Shown here: in pieces, positions 63,530-64,000 of the stretch
Layout of the letters: each line of letters starts with the position of its first letter
How positions within the stretch are numbered: the first letter of the stretch is position 1
NCBI GenBank assembly: GCA_963514005.1
Contig: OY740781.1
Coordinates: forward strand, 160,022,001-160,086,000
Origin: Raja brachyura
Lineage: Eukaryota
Reading direction: 5' to 3'
DNA length: 64,000 nt
Translations under genes and position numbers: made by a program
Notes under the pieces: model-generated
What the model was told of the DNA's origin: nothing
The model's input: the letters and a program-made list of their open reading frames with translations, nothing else
Database searches by the model: none

Positions 63530-64000
63530 ACCCCCCACCTCCTCTACTACCCCTCTCCCTCCTTCTACATCCCCACCTCCTCTGTAACCCCCCCACCCTT
63601 CCAACCCCTCACTCTCCATCCTCTGCTAACCCCCCCACCCTTCCTCCTCTACTACCCCCTCCCTCCTCTACTACCCTCCTCTACTACCCCCTCCCTCCTC
63701 TACTACCCCCTCCCCGCTCTAATACCCCCCTTCCTCCTCCACTACCCCCCTTCCCCCTCTACTACCCCCCTCCCTCCTCTACTACCCCCCTCCCTCCTCT
63801 ACTGCCGCCACTCCTACCCCCCTTCCCCCTCTACTACCCCCCTCCCTCCTCTGCTACCCCTCTTCCTCCTCTAATACCCTCTATTACCCCCCTTCCTCCT
63901 CTACTACCCCCTCCCTCCTCTACTACCCCCTCCCCCCTCTACTACTCCCTCCCCCCTCTACTACCCCCTTCCTCCTCTATTACCACCTCCCTCCTCTACT
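63530..64000. repeat. C-rich minisatellite, ~19-bp unit CCTCTACTACCCCCTCCCT
   Basis: Many tandem copies up to the window edge; preceded by (CCAT)n near 63467-63488. Confidence 0.9.

Overview
Vertebrate genomic DNA, very repeat-rich. The repeat families (HE1/V-SINE-like, CR1, Penelope, Deu-SINE) point to a cartilaginous fish, probably a skate or ray (inference). Two host genes lie tail to tail. On +, apela (ELABELA/Toddler) has coding exons at 7801-7876 and 8371-8456, encoding a 53-aa secreted peptide precursor that the ORF track misses; a probable non-coding last exon starts at 27743. On -, tmem192 has coding exons 2-6 at 51713-33203; exon 1 was not found. The rest is transposons: CR1, L2, L1, Rex/Babar and Penelope fragments, tRNA-SINEs, at least 10 PIF/Harbinger-type MITEs and two hAT-type MITEs. 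The most interesting unexplained structure is two classes of ribozyme-bearing mini-retroelements. One is a ~135-140-nt element that starts at G1 of an HDV-like ribozyme and has a (GAA)n tail and 12-bp TSDs (two copies). The other is many Penelope-derived units with a minimal hammerhead core, often inserted as inverted dimers flanked by TSDs. Family names come from recalled consensus features, not from a database search.
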